A program made the position numbers and the translations under genes. A stretch of DNA of 35,448 nt, from contig CAJOMB010000014.1 in NCBI GenBank assembly GCA_905235615.1, positions 1 to 35,448 of the forward strand, in the 5' to 3' direction. The stretch's first letter is position 1. Each line of letters starts with the position of its first letter. Under the pieces are notes generated by a model. The model was not told where the DNA came from. It saw only the letters and a list, made by a program, of their open reading frames with translations, and did no database searches. Of the stretch, positions 1-8,543 are shown one piece after another. The DNA is from an uncultured Bacteroidales bacterium (GTDB taxonomy: Bacteria > Bacteroidota > Bacteroidia > Bacteroidales > UBA932).

Positions 1-67
1 AATGTACTACAATTTACACGGAATCAATTACTTGGCTGTCAAGGCAAGGAGATATTGCCGGGCTGAC

Positions 68-1381
68 TTATTCGCAGAGAAGGGTGGCCGATGTGCAGTC
101 TTTCACCAGTACCTCCGTGTACTGCCCGGCGGCGCGGCCGGCGGCGGGGAACACGCACATCATGTTGTTGGAGGCACGGCCGCAGAGCATGGAAGGATCC
201 CGCTTGGAGGGGCCTTCCACCAGCACTTCTACGCGCTTCCCGATCTGGGCGCGGTAGCGCTCCAGGGACTTTCGGTTCTGCAGCTGGATAATCTCGTTGA
301 GGCGGCGGTTCTTTTCATCGGCCGGAACGTCGTCCTGCATGTTGCGGTTGGCCAGGGTGCCCGGGCGGTCGGAGTAGGCGAACATGAAGGCCCAGTCAAA
401 GCCCACCGCTTCCATGAGGGAGAGTGTATCCTGATGGTCCTGAAGCGTTTCCGAGCAGAAGCCCGCAATCACGTCCGTGGTGAGGCCGCACTCCGGCATC
501 ACTTCGCGGATTTTGGCCACGCGTTCCAGATACCATTCCCGGCTGTACTTGCGGCGCATCTTCTCCAACAGGCGGGTGCTCCCGGACTGGACCGGCAGGT
601 GGATGTGCTTGCAGATATTGGGATGGGCGGCCATGGTGTAGATGACCTCGTCGCTGATGTCCTTGGGGTGGGAGGTGGCAAAGCGCACACGGAGGTCCGG
701 GGCGATGGCGGCCACCCGTTCCAGCAGCCCCGCAAAGTTCACGCTTTCCGTCCCGCTCTTCCACAGGTAGCTGTCCACGTTCTGCCCCAGCAGCGTCACT
801 TCCTTATACCCCCTGGCATACACGTCACAGGCCTCCCGGACAATGGAATGGGCATCCCGGGAGCGCTCTGCCCCGCGGGTATAGGGAACCACACAGTAGG
901 AGCACACGTTGTTGCACCCGCGCATGATGGAAATAAAGGCCGATATCCCGTTGCGGTCCGTGCGTACGGGGGTAATGTCTGCATAGGTCTCATCCCTGGA
1001 CAGAAGCACGTCGATCTGCGGGCTGTCCGGGCCGATGGCATCCAGCAGCCGGGGCAGGGAACGATAGGCGTCCGGCCCCACCACCAGGTCCACCTTGTGT
1101 GTCTCCAACAGCTTGTCTTTCAGGCGTTCCGCCATGCAGCCCACGATGCCCACGATGAGGCCGGGGCGGGAGGCACGGAGCTGGTTGAAGGCCTCGATGC
1201 GGCCCCAGATACGCTGCTCCGCGTTGTCACGGATGGAACAGGTGTTGGCCAGCACCAGATCGGCCTGGTCCATCTCTTCCGTACGGGCATAGCCGGCATC
1301 CTTGAGGATGGAGAAAATGACTTCGGTGTCATTCACGTTCATCTGGCAGCCATAGGTTTCGATATAGGCTCTTTTTTCCAT
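68..1381 (-). CDS. miaB: tRNA-2-methylthio-N6-dimethylallyladenosine synthase MiaB
   Basis: MTTase N-terminal Cys motifs (TYGCQMN, NTCSIR, GCMAE), radical-SAM CNNVCSYC and a C-terminal TRAM-like region. Start set at ATG 1381 (MEKRAYIET) rather than the ORF-track 1588, which overlaps the divergent gene. Confidence 0.95.
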   Translation of the reverse strand: MEKRAYIETYGCQMNVNDTEVIFSILKDAGYARTEEMDQADLVLANTCSIRDNAEQRIWGRIEAFNQLRASRPGLIVGIVGCMAERLKDKLLETHKVDLVVGPDAYRSLPRLLDAIGPDSPQIDVLLSRDETYADITPVRTDRNGISAFISIMRGCNNVCSYCVVPYTRGAERSRDAHSIVREACDVYARGYKEVTLLGQNVDSYLWKSGTESVNFAGLLERVAAIAPDLRVRFATSHPKDISDEVIYTMAAHPNICKHIHLPVQSGSTRLLEKMRRKYSREWYLERVAKIREVMPECGLTTDVIAGFCSETLQDHQDTLSLMEAVGFDWAFMFAYSDRPGTLANRNMQDDVPADEKNRRLNEIIQLQNRKSLERYRAQIGKRVEVLVEGPSKRDPSMLCGRASNNMMCVFPAAGRAAGQYTEVLVKDCTSATLLCE

Positions 1382-1387
1382 AGGCCG

Positions 1388-1416
1388 CAAAGTTACGAAA
1401 AAAATAACTATCTTTG
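1388..1416. promoter_or_regulatory. Back-to-back Bacteroidetes sigmaA -7 boxes for miaB and the LEA-SPOR-rpoN operon
   Basis: TAACTTTG on the minus strand at 1388-1395 and TATCTTTG on the plus strand at 1409-1416; both match TAnnTTTG. Confidence 0.7.
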
Positions 1417-1421
1417 TGCTT

Positions 1422-1895
1422 GTGAAAGTTTTTAAGCATATCGGCATCTTTCTTGTAGCGGCCCTCGTGGCCACCTCCTGCGGCGTGTCCAAGGCGAAAG
1501 AAATCGCCCTCACGTCCGTAGGCATCCAGTACGTGGTTCCCACATCGGCCCGCTCCGTGGATGCCAAACTCAAACTGGGCATCAGCAATCCCTCCCGGAG
1601 TTTTGCCGTCCAGGAAGTGAGGGGGACGGTGCGTTACAAGGATAAGGAACTGGCCCATTTCGTCACCGGACCCATGGAACTGGAAGGAAAGACGGAAAAG
1701 GTCTATGACCTCCCCTGCACCATCTTCCTGGCCGAGGGCGCCTCCCTCTTGGACATCCTCATCGTGGCTTCGCAAAGAAACCTGAACGGCCTCAAGGCCG
1801 ATGTGGACATCCAGGCCGCCCTGAAGAAAAACGGCGTCCTGAGGGCTCCTTTCCGCTTCCGGGACCTGGATTTGAAAGAACTCTCTGAAAGATAA
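1422..1895 (+). CDS. Lipoprotein, LEA type 2-like (WHy/LEA14 fold)
   Basis: Signal peptide with lipobox VATSC; beta-rich pattern LKLGISNPS...VRGTVRY...ELA resembles LEA_2. GTG start at 1422 preferred because 1416 lies inside the -7 box. Confidence 0.65.
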   Translation: MKVFKHIGIFLVAALVATSCGVSKAKEIALTSVGIQYVVPTSARSVDAKLKLGISNPSRSFAVQEVRGTVRYKDKELAHFVTGPMELEGKTEKVYDLPCTIFLAEGASLLDILIVASQRNLNGLKADVDIQAALKKNGVLRAPFRFRDLDLKELSER

Positions 1896-1898
1896 ACG

Positions 1899-2360
1899 AT
1901 GAAACGCATACTCCTTGTTTTAACCCTTACGGTCCTGTCCGCCCTGGCGCTTGGCGCACAGGAGCTTACCACCCGGAAAGCCGCCCTGGATTCCACCCTG
2001 CTGGGCCGGGACATCTTCAACGCCATCGGTGTCGGCGTCAAGGTGGAACAAAGCGCGGAAGTCCGTCAGGCCGTTGCCAAATACGTTGAATCCAACAATG
2101 GGAAAACCCTCAGCGGTTACCGCATCAGGGTCTATTATGACAATTCTCCCCAGGCGCGGGACCGTTCGGAAAGCATTGCCGCCATGCTGAAGGAGCAATA
2201 TCCGGACATGGGTGTATATCGCAGTTTCCAGAGCCCCAACTACAAGGTGCTCATCGGAGATTTCCGTAGCAAGGATGAGGCTCTCCGCGTGTTCAACGCC
2301 CTCCGCAAAGTCTATCCCACCGCGTACATCATCAAAGACGCCATCAATTACCCGCTCTAA
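1899..2360 (+). CDS. SPOR domain-containing protein
   Basis: Signal peptide; C-terminal GYRIRVY...PNYKVLIGDFRSKDEA...YPTAYII is typical of the SPOR peptidoglycan-binding domain. Confidence 0.85.
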   Translation: MKRILLVLTLTVLSALALGAQELTTRKAALDSTLLGRDIFNAIGVGVKVEQSAEVRQAVAKYVESNNGKTLSGYRIRVYYDNSPQARDRSESIAAMLKEQYPDMGVYRSFQSPNYKVLIGDFRSKDEALRVFNALRKVYPTAYIIKDAINYPL

Positions 2361-3814
2361 TGGCCGCCATCAAACAGGGACTGGAGCAGAAACTCCAGCA
2401 GAAGCTTTCACCGCTTCAGATTCAGACCATCAAGCTGATCGAGATGCCGGTGCAGACTCTGGAGCAGTATGTACGGGAGGTTATGAATGAAAATCCCGTC
2501 ATTGATGACACGCCCCAGGGCGGCTCGGACGAGGAAGCCCGTGACGTGTCCATCTCCCAGGTGGAGGCGCAGGAACAGAGCGGCGGCTCCTTGGAGGAGA
2601 ATTACGGTCCCCAGGATGATGACATCCCTTCCTACAACCTCCACGTGAACAACTGGGGCAAGGATGAGCGGCCGGAGTACAACACTTTCTCCGTCAAACA
2701 GAGCTTTACCCAGAGCCTGCTGGAACAGCTGGGTTACCGCAATCTCACGGAGCATCAACGCACCGTGGCCAGTTTCATCATCGGCTCTTTGGACGAAGAC
2801 GGCTACCTCCGCCGGGACATCGAATCCCTGGTGGACGACCTCGCTTTCCGGGCGGGCGTGGAATCATCGGCCGAGGAGGTGGAGCAGATGCTCAAGGTCA
2901 TTCAGGAGTTCGAGCCCTCCGGCGTGGGCGCCCGGGATCTGCGGGAATGCCTGCTATTGCAACTGGAGGACAAGAAGCGCACCCCTTCCATAGACAATGC
3001 CATCCGGGTGCTGGACACCCAGTTTGATGCCTTCAAGAATCGGCATTTCCAGAAAATCATGACGCGGCTCCATTTGAGCGAAGACGAGATGAAGGACGTG
3101 CTGGAGGAAATCCGGCGGCTGAATCCCGCTCCGGGCGGACAGATTGACGATTCCTACAACGACCAGGCCCAGCAGGTGGTGCCGGATTTCCAGCTGGACT
3201 ACGAAAACGGCCAGTTCATCCTCACCATGCCGCGCTTCTCCATTCCGGAACTCCGCATCAACCGGAAGTATTCGGAAATCATGGAAAACGGCCGGTTGTC
3301 AGACTCCAAGGCGGAGAAGGAAGCCGCCAGCTTCGTGAAGCAGAAGATAGATTCGGCCAAGTGGTTCATCGAGGCCCTGCGCCAGCGCCAGAACACGCTG
3401 GAGAGCACTATGCGGGCCATCATAGACTTTCAGCACGACTACTTCGTGGACGGAGACGAGTCCTCCCTGCGGCCCATGGTTCTCAAGGATATTGCGGAGA
3501 TGACCGGATTCGACATCTCCACCATCTCCCGCGTGGTGAACAGCAAATGGATTCAGACACACTTCGGCATCTTCCCGCTCAAATATTTCTTCTCCGAAGG
3601 CCTTGAGAACAGCGATGGCGAGGAGGTGAGCACCCGCGAAATCAAGAAAGTCCTCAAGGAAATGGTGGACGCGGAAGACAAGCACAATCCCCTCACGGAC
3701 GACGAACTGGTGGACGGCCTGGCCGCCAAGGGCTACAAAGTGGCCCGCCGCACCATCGCCAAGTACCGTGCCCTTTTGGACATTCCCAAAGCCCGGATGA
3801 GACGGGAATTATAG
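2360..3814 (+). CDS. rpoN: RNA polymerase sigma-54 factor
   Basis: Q/L-rich region I (QKLQQKLSPLQIQ), EPSGVGARDLRECLLLQL, HTH (LKDIAE...STISRVV) and RpoN box ARRTIAKYR. TAATG overlap with the upstream gene. Confidence 0.97.
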   Translation: MAAIKQGLEQKLQQKLSPLQIQTIKLIEMPVQTLEQYVREVMNENPVIDDTPQGGSDEEARDVSISQVEAQEQSGGSLEENYGPQDDDIPSYNLHVNNWGKDERPEYNTFSVKQSFTQSLLEQLGYRNLTEHQRTVASFIIGSLDEDGYLRRDIESLVDDLAFRAGVESSAEEVEQMLKVIQEFEPSGVGARDLRECLLLQLEDKKRTPSIDNAIRVLDTQFDAFKNRHFQKIMTRLHLSEDEMKDVLEEIRRLNPAPGGQIDDSYNDQAQQVVPDFQLDYENGQFILTMPRFSIPELRINRKYSEIMENGRLSDSKAEKEAASFVKQKIDSAKWFIEALRQRQNTLESTMRAIIDFQHDYFVDGDESSLRPMVLKDIAEMTGFDISTISRVVNSKWIQTHFGIFPLKYFFSEGLENSDGEEVSTREIKKVLKEMVDAEDKHNPLTDDELVDGLAAKGYKVARRTIAKYRALLDIPKARMRREL

Positions 3815-4462
3815 TTTTTCTCCGAAGGCCAGGTCTCCGGCGTCTCCCAAGCCGGGGATGATGTAGTTGTGGCTGGTGAGTTCCTCGTCGATGGCCGCCA
3901 CCCAGAGGGTGTAGTCCTCTCCCAGTTTCTGGCACAGCTGGTCCACCGCATAGCGGCTGGCCACCGGGCACACCATATGGACGTGTGCCGGGTCTCCGCC
4001 TTCCTCCTTCAGTTTCTTCAGGGCCGATTCCATGGAAGAGCCCGTGGCCAGCATGGGATCGGCCACGATGAGGGTTTTCCCTTCGAGGGAAGGACAGGTG
4101 CAGTAGTCTGCGAACACCTTGAAATAATCTCCCTTGCCCAGCTTGCGGAAAGTGGACAGGAAGGCGCTCTGTGCATGGTCAAACACCTGCAGGAGGCCGC
4201 TCTGAAGGGGCAGGCCCGCCCGCAGGATGGCGGCAATCACCAGGGGCGTATCCGAGGTGGGAACCGATGCGATTCCCAGCGGCGTCTGAACCTCTTTCTC
4301 CGAATAGCTCAGCTGACGGGAGATTTCGTAACCGAAGACGAATCCCACCCTTTCCAGATTGGTGCGGAAGCGCAGACTGTCTTTCTGAATACGGACATCG
4401 CGGATTTCTGCGATGAAATTGCCAAGAACCGAATTGCTTTCGGAGAGATTGATTACCTTCAT
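3809..4462 (-). CDS. upp: Uracil phosphoribosyltransferase
   Basis: ILRAGL, PRPP-binding ADPMLATGSS, C-terminal YIIPGLGDAGDLAFG. Confidence 0.96.
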   Translation of the reverse strand: MKVINLSESNSVLGNFIAEIRDVRIQKDSLRFRTNLERVGFVFGYEISRQLSYSEKEVQTPLGIASVPTSDTPLVIAAILRAGLPLQSGLLQVFDHAQSAFLSTFRKLGKGDYFKVFADYCTCPSLEGKTLIVADPMLATGSSMESALKKLKEEGGDPAHVHMVCPVASRYAVDQLCQKLGEDYTLWVAAIDEELTSHNYIIPGLGDAGDLAFGEKL

Positions 4463-4482
4463 AGCATAGGAACATTAGATCA

Positions 4483-5169
4483 CTACGCAAAGATAAGCTT
4501 TTCTTCAGAAAAAGAAAAAAATGAATCTTCCGCAACGATAATATGGTCCATCAGGCCGATTTCTACCGCCCCCAGCGCTTTGCGCAGCAGGTCTGTCTGG
4601 TGAATGTCGGCCTGGGAGGGAAGGGCCTGCCCGGAGGGATGGTTGTGCACCAGCACCACCTGGGTGCATTGTTTCTCGATGGCCCTCCGCACAATCCGGG
4701 GTGTGTCGATGAGGGTGGTCTCCATGCGGCCGATGGTAATCCTTTCCTTTCCCAGGAGATAACCGGCCCGGTTCAGGTACAGGACCCAGGATTCCTCGTG
4801 GTCCAGGTGCTTGAGGGAGGGGAGCATGATCTGGTACACCATCCGGGGGGTGGTGATGGAGCGTTTGTCTATGAGCGCCATCTCCTCGAAGCTGCGACGC
4901 CCCAGCTCCAGGGCCGCCATGATGCCGATGGCCCTTACTTCTCCCACCCCTTGGAGCTCCATGAGCCGCTCCAAAGGCATGGCTCCCAGGAGGGTGAGCC
5001 TGCCATCGGCACAGAGCAGCAGTTCCTGCGCCACTTCCACTACGTTTTTCCCTCCGGTACCGCTTCCCAGCAGGATGGCCAGCAGTTCCGCATTGGACAG
5101 GGATTTGGCTCCCCGAAGCCTCAGTTTTTCGCGGGGGCGTTCTTCCGCCACCAGTTGTTTGATTTTCAT
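4483..5169 (-). CDS. radC: RadC family JAB-domain protein
   Basis: ERPREKL...LSNAELLAILL N-terminus, HhH region, intact JAB motif E...HNHPSG...PSxAD...DHIIV. ATG at 5169. Confidence 0.93.
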   Translation of the reverse strand: MKIKQLVAEERPREKLRLRGAKSLSNAELLAILLGSGTGGKNVVEVAQELLLCADGRLTLLGAMPLERLMELQGVGEVRAIGIMAALELGRRSFEEMALIDKRSITTPRMVYQIMLPSLKHLDHEESWVLYLNRAGYLLGKERITIGRMETTLIDTPRIVRRAIEKQCTQVVLVHNHPSGQALPSQADIHQTDLLRKALGAVEIGLMDHIIVAEDSFFSFSEEKLIFA

Positions 5170-5195
5170 GGCGGCAAGATAAGGGGAATAAACGA

Positions 5196-5231
5196 GAAAC
5201 AACACAATCGTAAAAAAGATTGTGTTGTTTC
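5196..5231. repeat. Perfect 14-bp inverted repeat upstream of radC (operator or terminator)
   Basis: GAAACAACACAATC (5196-5209), 8-nt spacer, GATTGTGTTGTTTC (5218-5231). Confidence 0.7.
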
Positions 5232-5285
5232 ACATGCTTTTTGTGGGTTTTGCCCGATTTTCGGCAAGAAAAATCGCCCGCTTTT

Positions 5286-7070
5286 TTACTGTACGAAGGC
5301 GATGATCTCTCCCTTGGCCACGGCGTCTCCCTGTTTGCCCAGGACGGCTACCATGAGTCCGTCCACGGCGGACACGATGTCTTCCATGCCATAGTAGGTT
5401 TGTACGTGGCCCACGACCTCGCCGGCCTTCACCTTCCGGCCCACGACGGGAGCCTTGGAGGCATCGTCCACGTCTATCTCCCACAGCAGCTGTCCCTTCA
5501 CGGGACACTGGACCGGGGTGGCCTTGGGGTACTTCTGTATATACGCTTCTACGGAGAACTTGGGCATCTCCACCACCGGACGCTCCACTACGATGGGGGC
5601 GCCGGCCTTGGCCTTGAGCTCTTCCAGTTCCTTGTTGAAGCGTTCCTTGGCCACGCCGCTGCGGTAGTCCCGGTACTGGCGCTCGTGCATGGCCAGCTCG
5701 AAGAGTTCTTCTTCATCCTCGCCGTAGTCCCAGCCTTCCTGGTCCATCATCGCACGGAACTTGGGCAGTTCGTCGGGATAGTTGTCCTGCGGGTTGCCGG
5801 TGCTGAATTCCATGCCTTTCTCCTTGGCCAAGGCCACAATTTCCGGAGCCAGCTCACCGGGCAGTCTGCCCATGTTGCCCAGAATCATGCCCCAGGTATC
5901 CTTGTCGATGGTGGTCCAGCGGGGCTTGTCGGAGAGCATGTTGAACAGGTTCATGAGGGCGGTGTTCTTCACGTACTGGCTGAAGGGCGTCACGAGCGGC
6001 GGATAGCCTAAGCGAGGCCATACGTACTCCACTTCCTCGAAGAGCTTGACCATGAGGGTGTCCAAGCTCATTTCCGGACGGCCGTGGGCACGCTGGGTGG
6101 CGTTGATGGCGCCCTGGAAGCCCTGGAGGTCCGCCATCATGGAGCCCATCATGCCGCCGGGCAGACCGCAGCCCACCAGCAGGGAGGTCATCTTGGCGTT
6201 GGAAGGGTTGATCCAGTAGCCCAGGAAATCGTCCATGAACTTCTGCGTCAGGCGGCGCACCTCCATGTAGGCGTTCATGTTGAGGTCCTTGACCAGGAAG
6301 CCGTCGCAGCGAAGCATCTCCCGGATGGTAATCACGTCCGGATGCACCTTGCCCCAGGAGAGGGGTTCCACGGCCACGTCCAAGTAATCGGCGCCGGCGC
6401 GGGCCACTTCCAGCATGGAAGCCGGGGAGAAGCCGGGGCCGGTGTGGCCGTGGTACTGCACCTTGATGTGGGGGTATTTCTTCTTGATATCGGCCACCAG
6501 CTCTCCCATCATGTTGGGCCGGCCGATGCCCGCCATGTCCTTGAGGCAAATTTCATCGGCCCCATATTCAACCACCTTGTCCACGATGTCCATGTAGTAG
6601 GCTACGGTGTGGACGGGGGAGTAGGTGATGGAGAGGGCAACCTGCGAAATCATGCCGCCCTTCTTGGCGCCGATCACGGAGCCTTTGAGGTTGCGGTGGT
6701 CGTTGAGGCCGCAGAAGGAACGGGCGATATCCGTGCCCTGCTTCTTCTTCACTTTGAACATCAGTTCCCGCACATCTAACGGCACAGGGTTCATGCGGAG
6801 GGCATTGAGACCGCGCTCCAGCATGTGCGTCTGGATGCCGGCCTTGTGGAAGGGGGCGGTCCAGGCCCGCACGGCCTTGTTGGGATTCTCGCCGAAGAGG
6901 AGATTCACCTGCTCGAAGGCGCCGCCGTTGGTTTCCACGCGGTCGAAGCAGCCCATGTCGATGATGGCCGGAGCCACCTCCACCAGCTGGTCCACCCGGG
7001 GCACATACTTGCCAGAACTCTGCCACATGTCCCTGTACACCAGGGAGAACTTGATTTCACGCTTTGCCAT
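5286..7070 (-). CDS. Oxaloacetate decarboxylase alpha / pyruvate carboxylase subunit B-like carboxyltransferase
   Basis: HMGL-like TIM-barrel motifs RDMWQS, LKDMAG, YHGH, LPGGM, GYPPLVTPFSQ; C-terminal biotinyl-like domain without MKM. Confidence 0.88.
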   Translation of the reverse strand: MAKREIKFSLVYRDMWQSSGKYVPRVDQLVEVAPAIIDMGCFDRVETNGGAFEQVNLLFGENPNKAVRAWTAPFHKAGIQTHMLERGLNALRMNPVPLDVRELMFKVKKKQGTDIARSFCGLNDHRNLKGSVIGAKKGGMISQVALSITYSPVHTVAYYMDIVDKVVEYGADEICLKDMAGIGRPNMMGELVADIKKKYPHIKVQYHGHTGPGFSPASMLEVARAGADYLDVAVEPLSWGKVHPDVITIREMLRCDGFLVKDLNMNAYMEVRRLTQKFMDDFLGYWINPSNAKMTSLLVGCGLPGGMMGSMMADLQGFQGAINATQRAHGRPEMSLDTLMVKLFEEVEYVWPRLGYPPLVTPFSQYVKNTALMNLFNMLSDKPRWTTIDKDTWGMILGNMGRLPGELAPEIVALAKEKGMEFSTGNPQDNYPDELPKFRAMMDQEGWDYGEDEEELFELAMHERQYRDYRSGVAKERFNKELEELKAKAGAPIVVERPVVEMPKFSVEAYIQKYPKATPVQCPVKGQLLWEIDVDDASKAPVVGRKVKAGEVVGHVQTYYGMEDIVSAVDGLMVAVLGKQGDAVAKGEIIAFVQ

Positions 7071-7100
7071 ATTGGTAGTTTGTATAATTTCGTGTATCTA

Positions 7101-7198
7101 CAAAGGTAAGAATTATTCGGCTTTTCCGGAACGGAAATCTGTTTTTTTCCACCACGGCGCAAATTATTTTGCAAAGCCGGAAAAAATCCGTACATTTG
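7101..7198. promoter_or_regulatory. Divergent sigmaA promoters for the carboxyltransferase gene and tRNA-His
   Basis: Minus strand TACCTTTG at 7101-7108. Plus strand TTTG (7168-7171), 19-nt spacer, TACATTTG (7191-7198). Confidence 0.7.
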
Positions 7199-7210
7199 CA
7201 GTCCAGACAT

Positions 7211-7284
7211 GGTGGATGTAGTTCAGCTGGTAGAGCATCGGATTGTGGTTCCGAGTGTCGTGGGTTCGAGCCCCATCATCCACC
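7211..7284 (+). tRNA. tRNA-His (GTG)
   Basis: Encoded G-1 at 7211, acceptor stem GTGGATG/CATCCAC, anticodon stem TCGGA/TCCGA with loop TTGTGGT (GTG at 7245-7247), T-loop GTTCGAG, discriminator C. CCA is not encoded. Confidence 0.97.
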
Positions 7285-7286
7285 CT

Positions 7287-7317
7287 AAAAGCCCGCAAAT
7301 CGATTTGCGGGCTTTTT
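7287..7317. terminator. Bidirectional intrinsic terminator between tRNA-His and the AAA ATPase gene
   Basis: Perfect 30-bp palindrome AAAAGCCCGCAAATCGATTTGCGGGCTTTT (7287-7316) with T tracts on both strands. Confidence 0.88.
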
Positions 7318-7331
7318 ACAGTTTACGTTTT
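7315..7331. repeat. Direct repeat copy 1 flanking the AAA ATPase gene
   Basis: TTTACAGTTTACGTTTT, 16/17 identical to 8527-8543; contains the stop codon of the gene. Confidence 0.55.
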
Positions 7332-8525
7332 TCGGAACAGTGTTTTCAGGTCAATACTGAAGAAATCCTCCAAAGGAAGACCTTCAGGGCCGACGATAAA
7401 TGCGCTGGTGATATGCTCTGCGAAAAGTTCCTTGAACTTTTCGTAGCCTTCTGTGTTGTCGGCGCTGCTGCTTTTAACCTCTATGGCTACCAGGGACTGG
7501 CCCTTTTTAAGGATGTAATCGCACTCCTTTTTTTTATCATCGCGCCAGTAAAGGAGTTCAAACCCGTCCAGAAGTGAGCGGTTTGCGAGGTGGGCACCCA
7601 CTGCGGATTCCACCTGACGGCCCCACTCCGTGGCATTTGTGATGGCCTCTTCGAAGGTGAAAGCGCCATAACGGTTACGGAAGGCGCTGCAATACACCTG
7701 CATCTTGGGAATGGAATTCTTTTCCTTGATGGGAGAGGGCGAATACTTCTGCAGGGGCTTTACCAACATGGTCTTGTCCAAGGCATCCAAATAGGACTTG
7801 ATGGTAGGGACCGTGCCGCTGTTCATCGTGCCTTGCATCTTGGTAATGGAAAGTTCGCGGGCTGACTCAATGCAGGTCAGTTCGAAGACTTGGCGTAGCA
7901 GTGCCGGATTGCGGATTTCGTCGATTTCCAGGATATCACGGGTAAGGATGGGTGATATGATAGTGCCTTCCATCAAGTCACGCCAGCGGTCTTCATCCTT
8001 TATGTCGGGAGCCAGGCCGGGGAATCCACCGAAGTAGATGTATTGCTGCATGGTGAATCCGAAAGCATCACGCATCTCGTGCCACTCCCAATAACCCATT
8101 TTGATGGATTCGAACCGTCCTTCCAGAGATTCTTCCAAGCCTTTCTGCAGAAGAACGCGGGATGAGCCCAGGAGAATGACTTTGAGGTTGCGTTTTTCGC
8201 GGGTATCCCTGTCCCATTCCTTTTTTACTTGTTCGCTCCAGGTCCGGATTTTCTGGACCTCATCAATGATGAGGATGCGTTCCTGCTCTGAATGGAGGTC
8301 CATTTTCATTCTGGCCTCCTGCCAGCGGGCAGGAATCCAGGTGGTATCTTCGCGGTTGACGCCATCGGCTGCAATAAAGTCAAAGGGAATGTCAATGCCT
8401 TCCGTATACTGCCCTACAAGGGTGGATTTGCCCACTTGACGAGGTCCCATGATGATCTGCAAACGTCTCCTGGGCTCGGCCATACGGCTCTTTAACAGGG
8501 ATAGATGGTGTCTTTCGTATTGCAT
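7323..8525 (-). CDS. AAA_14-family ATPase with DUF4143 / PD-(D/E)xK-like C-terminal domain
   Basis: Walker A GPRQVGKST, Walker B ILIIDEVQ, LLGSS, ESLEGR, YFGGFPG, C-terminal YWRD...ECDYIL...AIEVK. Lower GC than neighbours in sampled lines (23/60 at 7321-7380, 24/60 at 7501-7560). Confidence 0.9.
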   Translation of the reverse strand: MQYERHHLSLLKSRMAEPRRRLQIIMGPRQVGKSTLVGQYTEGIDIPFDFIAADGVNREDTTWIPARWQEARMKMDLHSEQERILIIDEVQKIRTWSEQVKKEWDRDTREKRNLKVILLGSSRVLLQKGLEESLEGRFESIKMGYWEWHEMRDAFGFTMQQYIYFGGFPGLAPDIKDEDRWRDLMEGTIISPILTRDILEIDEIRNPALLRQVFELTCIESARELSITKMQGTMNSGTVPTIKSYLDALDKTMLVKPLQKYSPSPIKEKNSIPKMQVYCSAFRNRYGAFTFEEAITNATEWGRQVESAVGAHLANRSLLDGFELLYWRDDKKKECDYILKKGQSLVAIEVKSSSADNTEGYEKFKELFAEHITSAFIVGPEGLPLEDFFSIDLKTLFRKT

Positions 8526-8526
8526 A

Positions 8527-8543
8527 TTTATAGTTTACGTTTT
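8527..8543. repeat. Direct repeat copy 2 flanking the AAA ATPase gene
   Basis: TTTATAGTTTACGTTTT, lying between the -7 box (8545-8552, minus strand TAAATTTG) and the ATG at 8525. Confidence 0.55.

Noticed and set aside
2-1435. 477-aa plus-strand ORF opposite miaB, and the miaB N-terminal extension to 1588
   Set aside because: The first is an antisense shadow. The extension overlaps the divergent gene and lies upstream of the miaB -7 box.
7528-7535. T8 homopolymer in the AAA ATPase gene as a phase-variation tract
   Set aside because: Short, encodes Lys codons, and the frame is intact; no supporting evidence.
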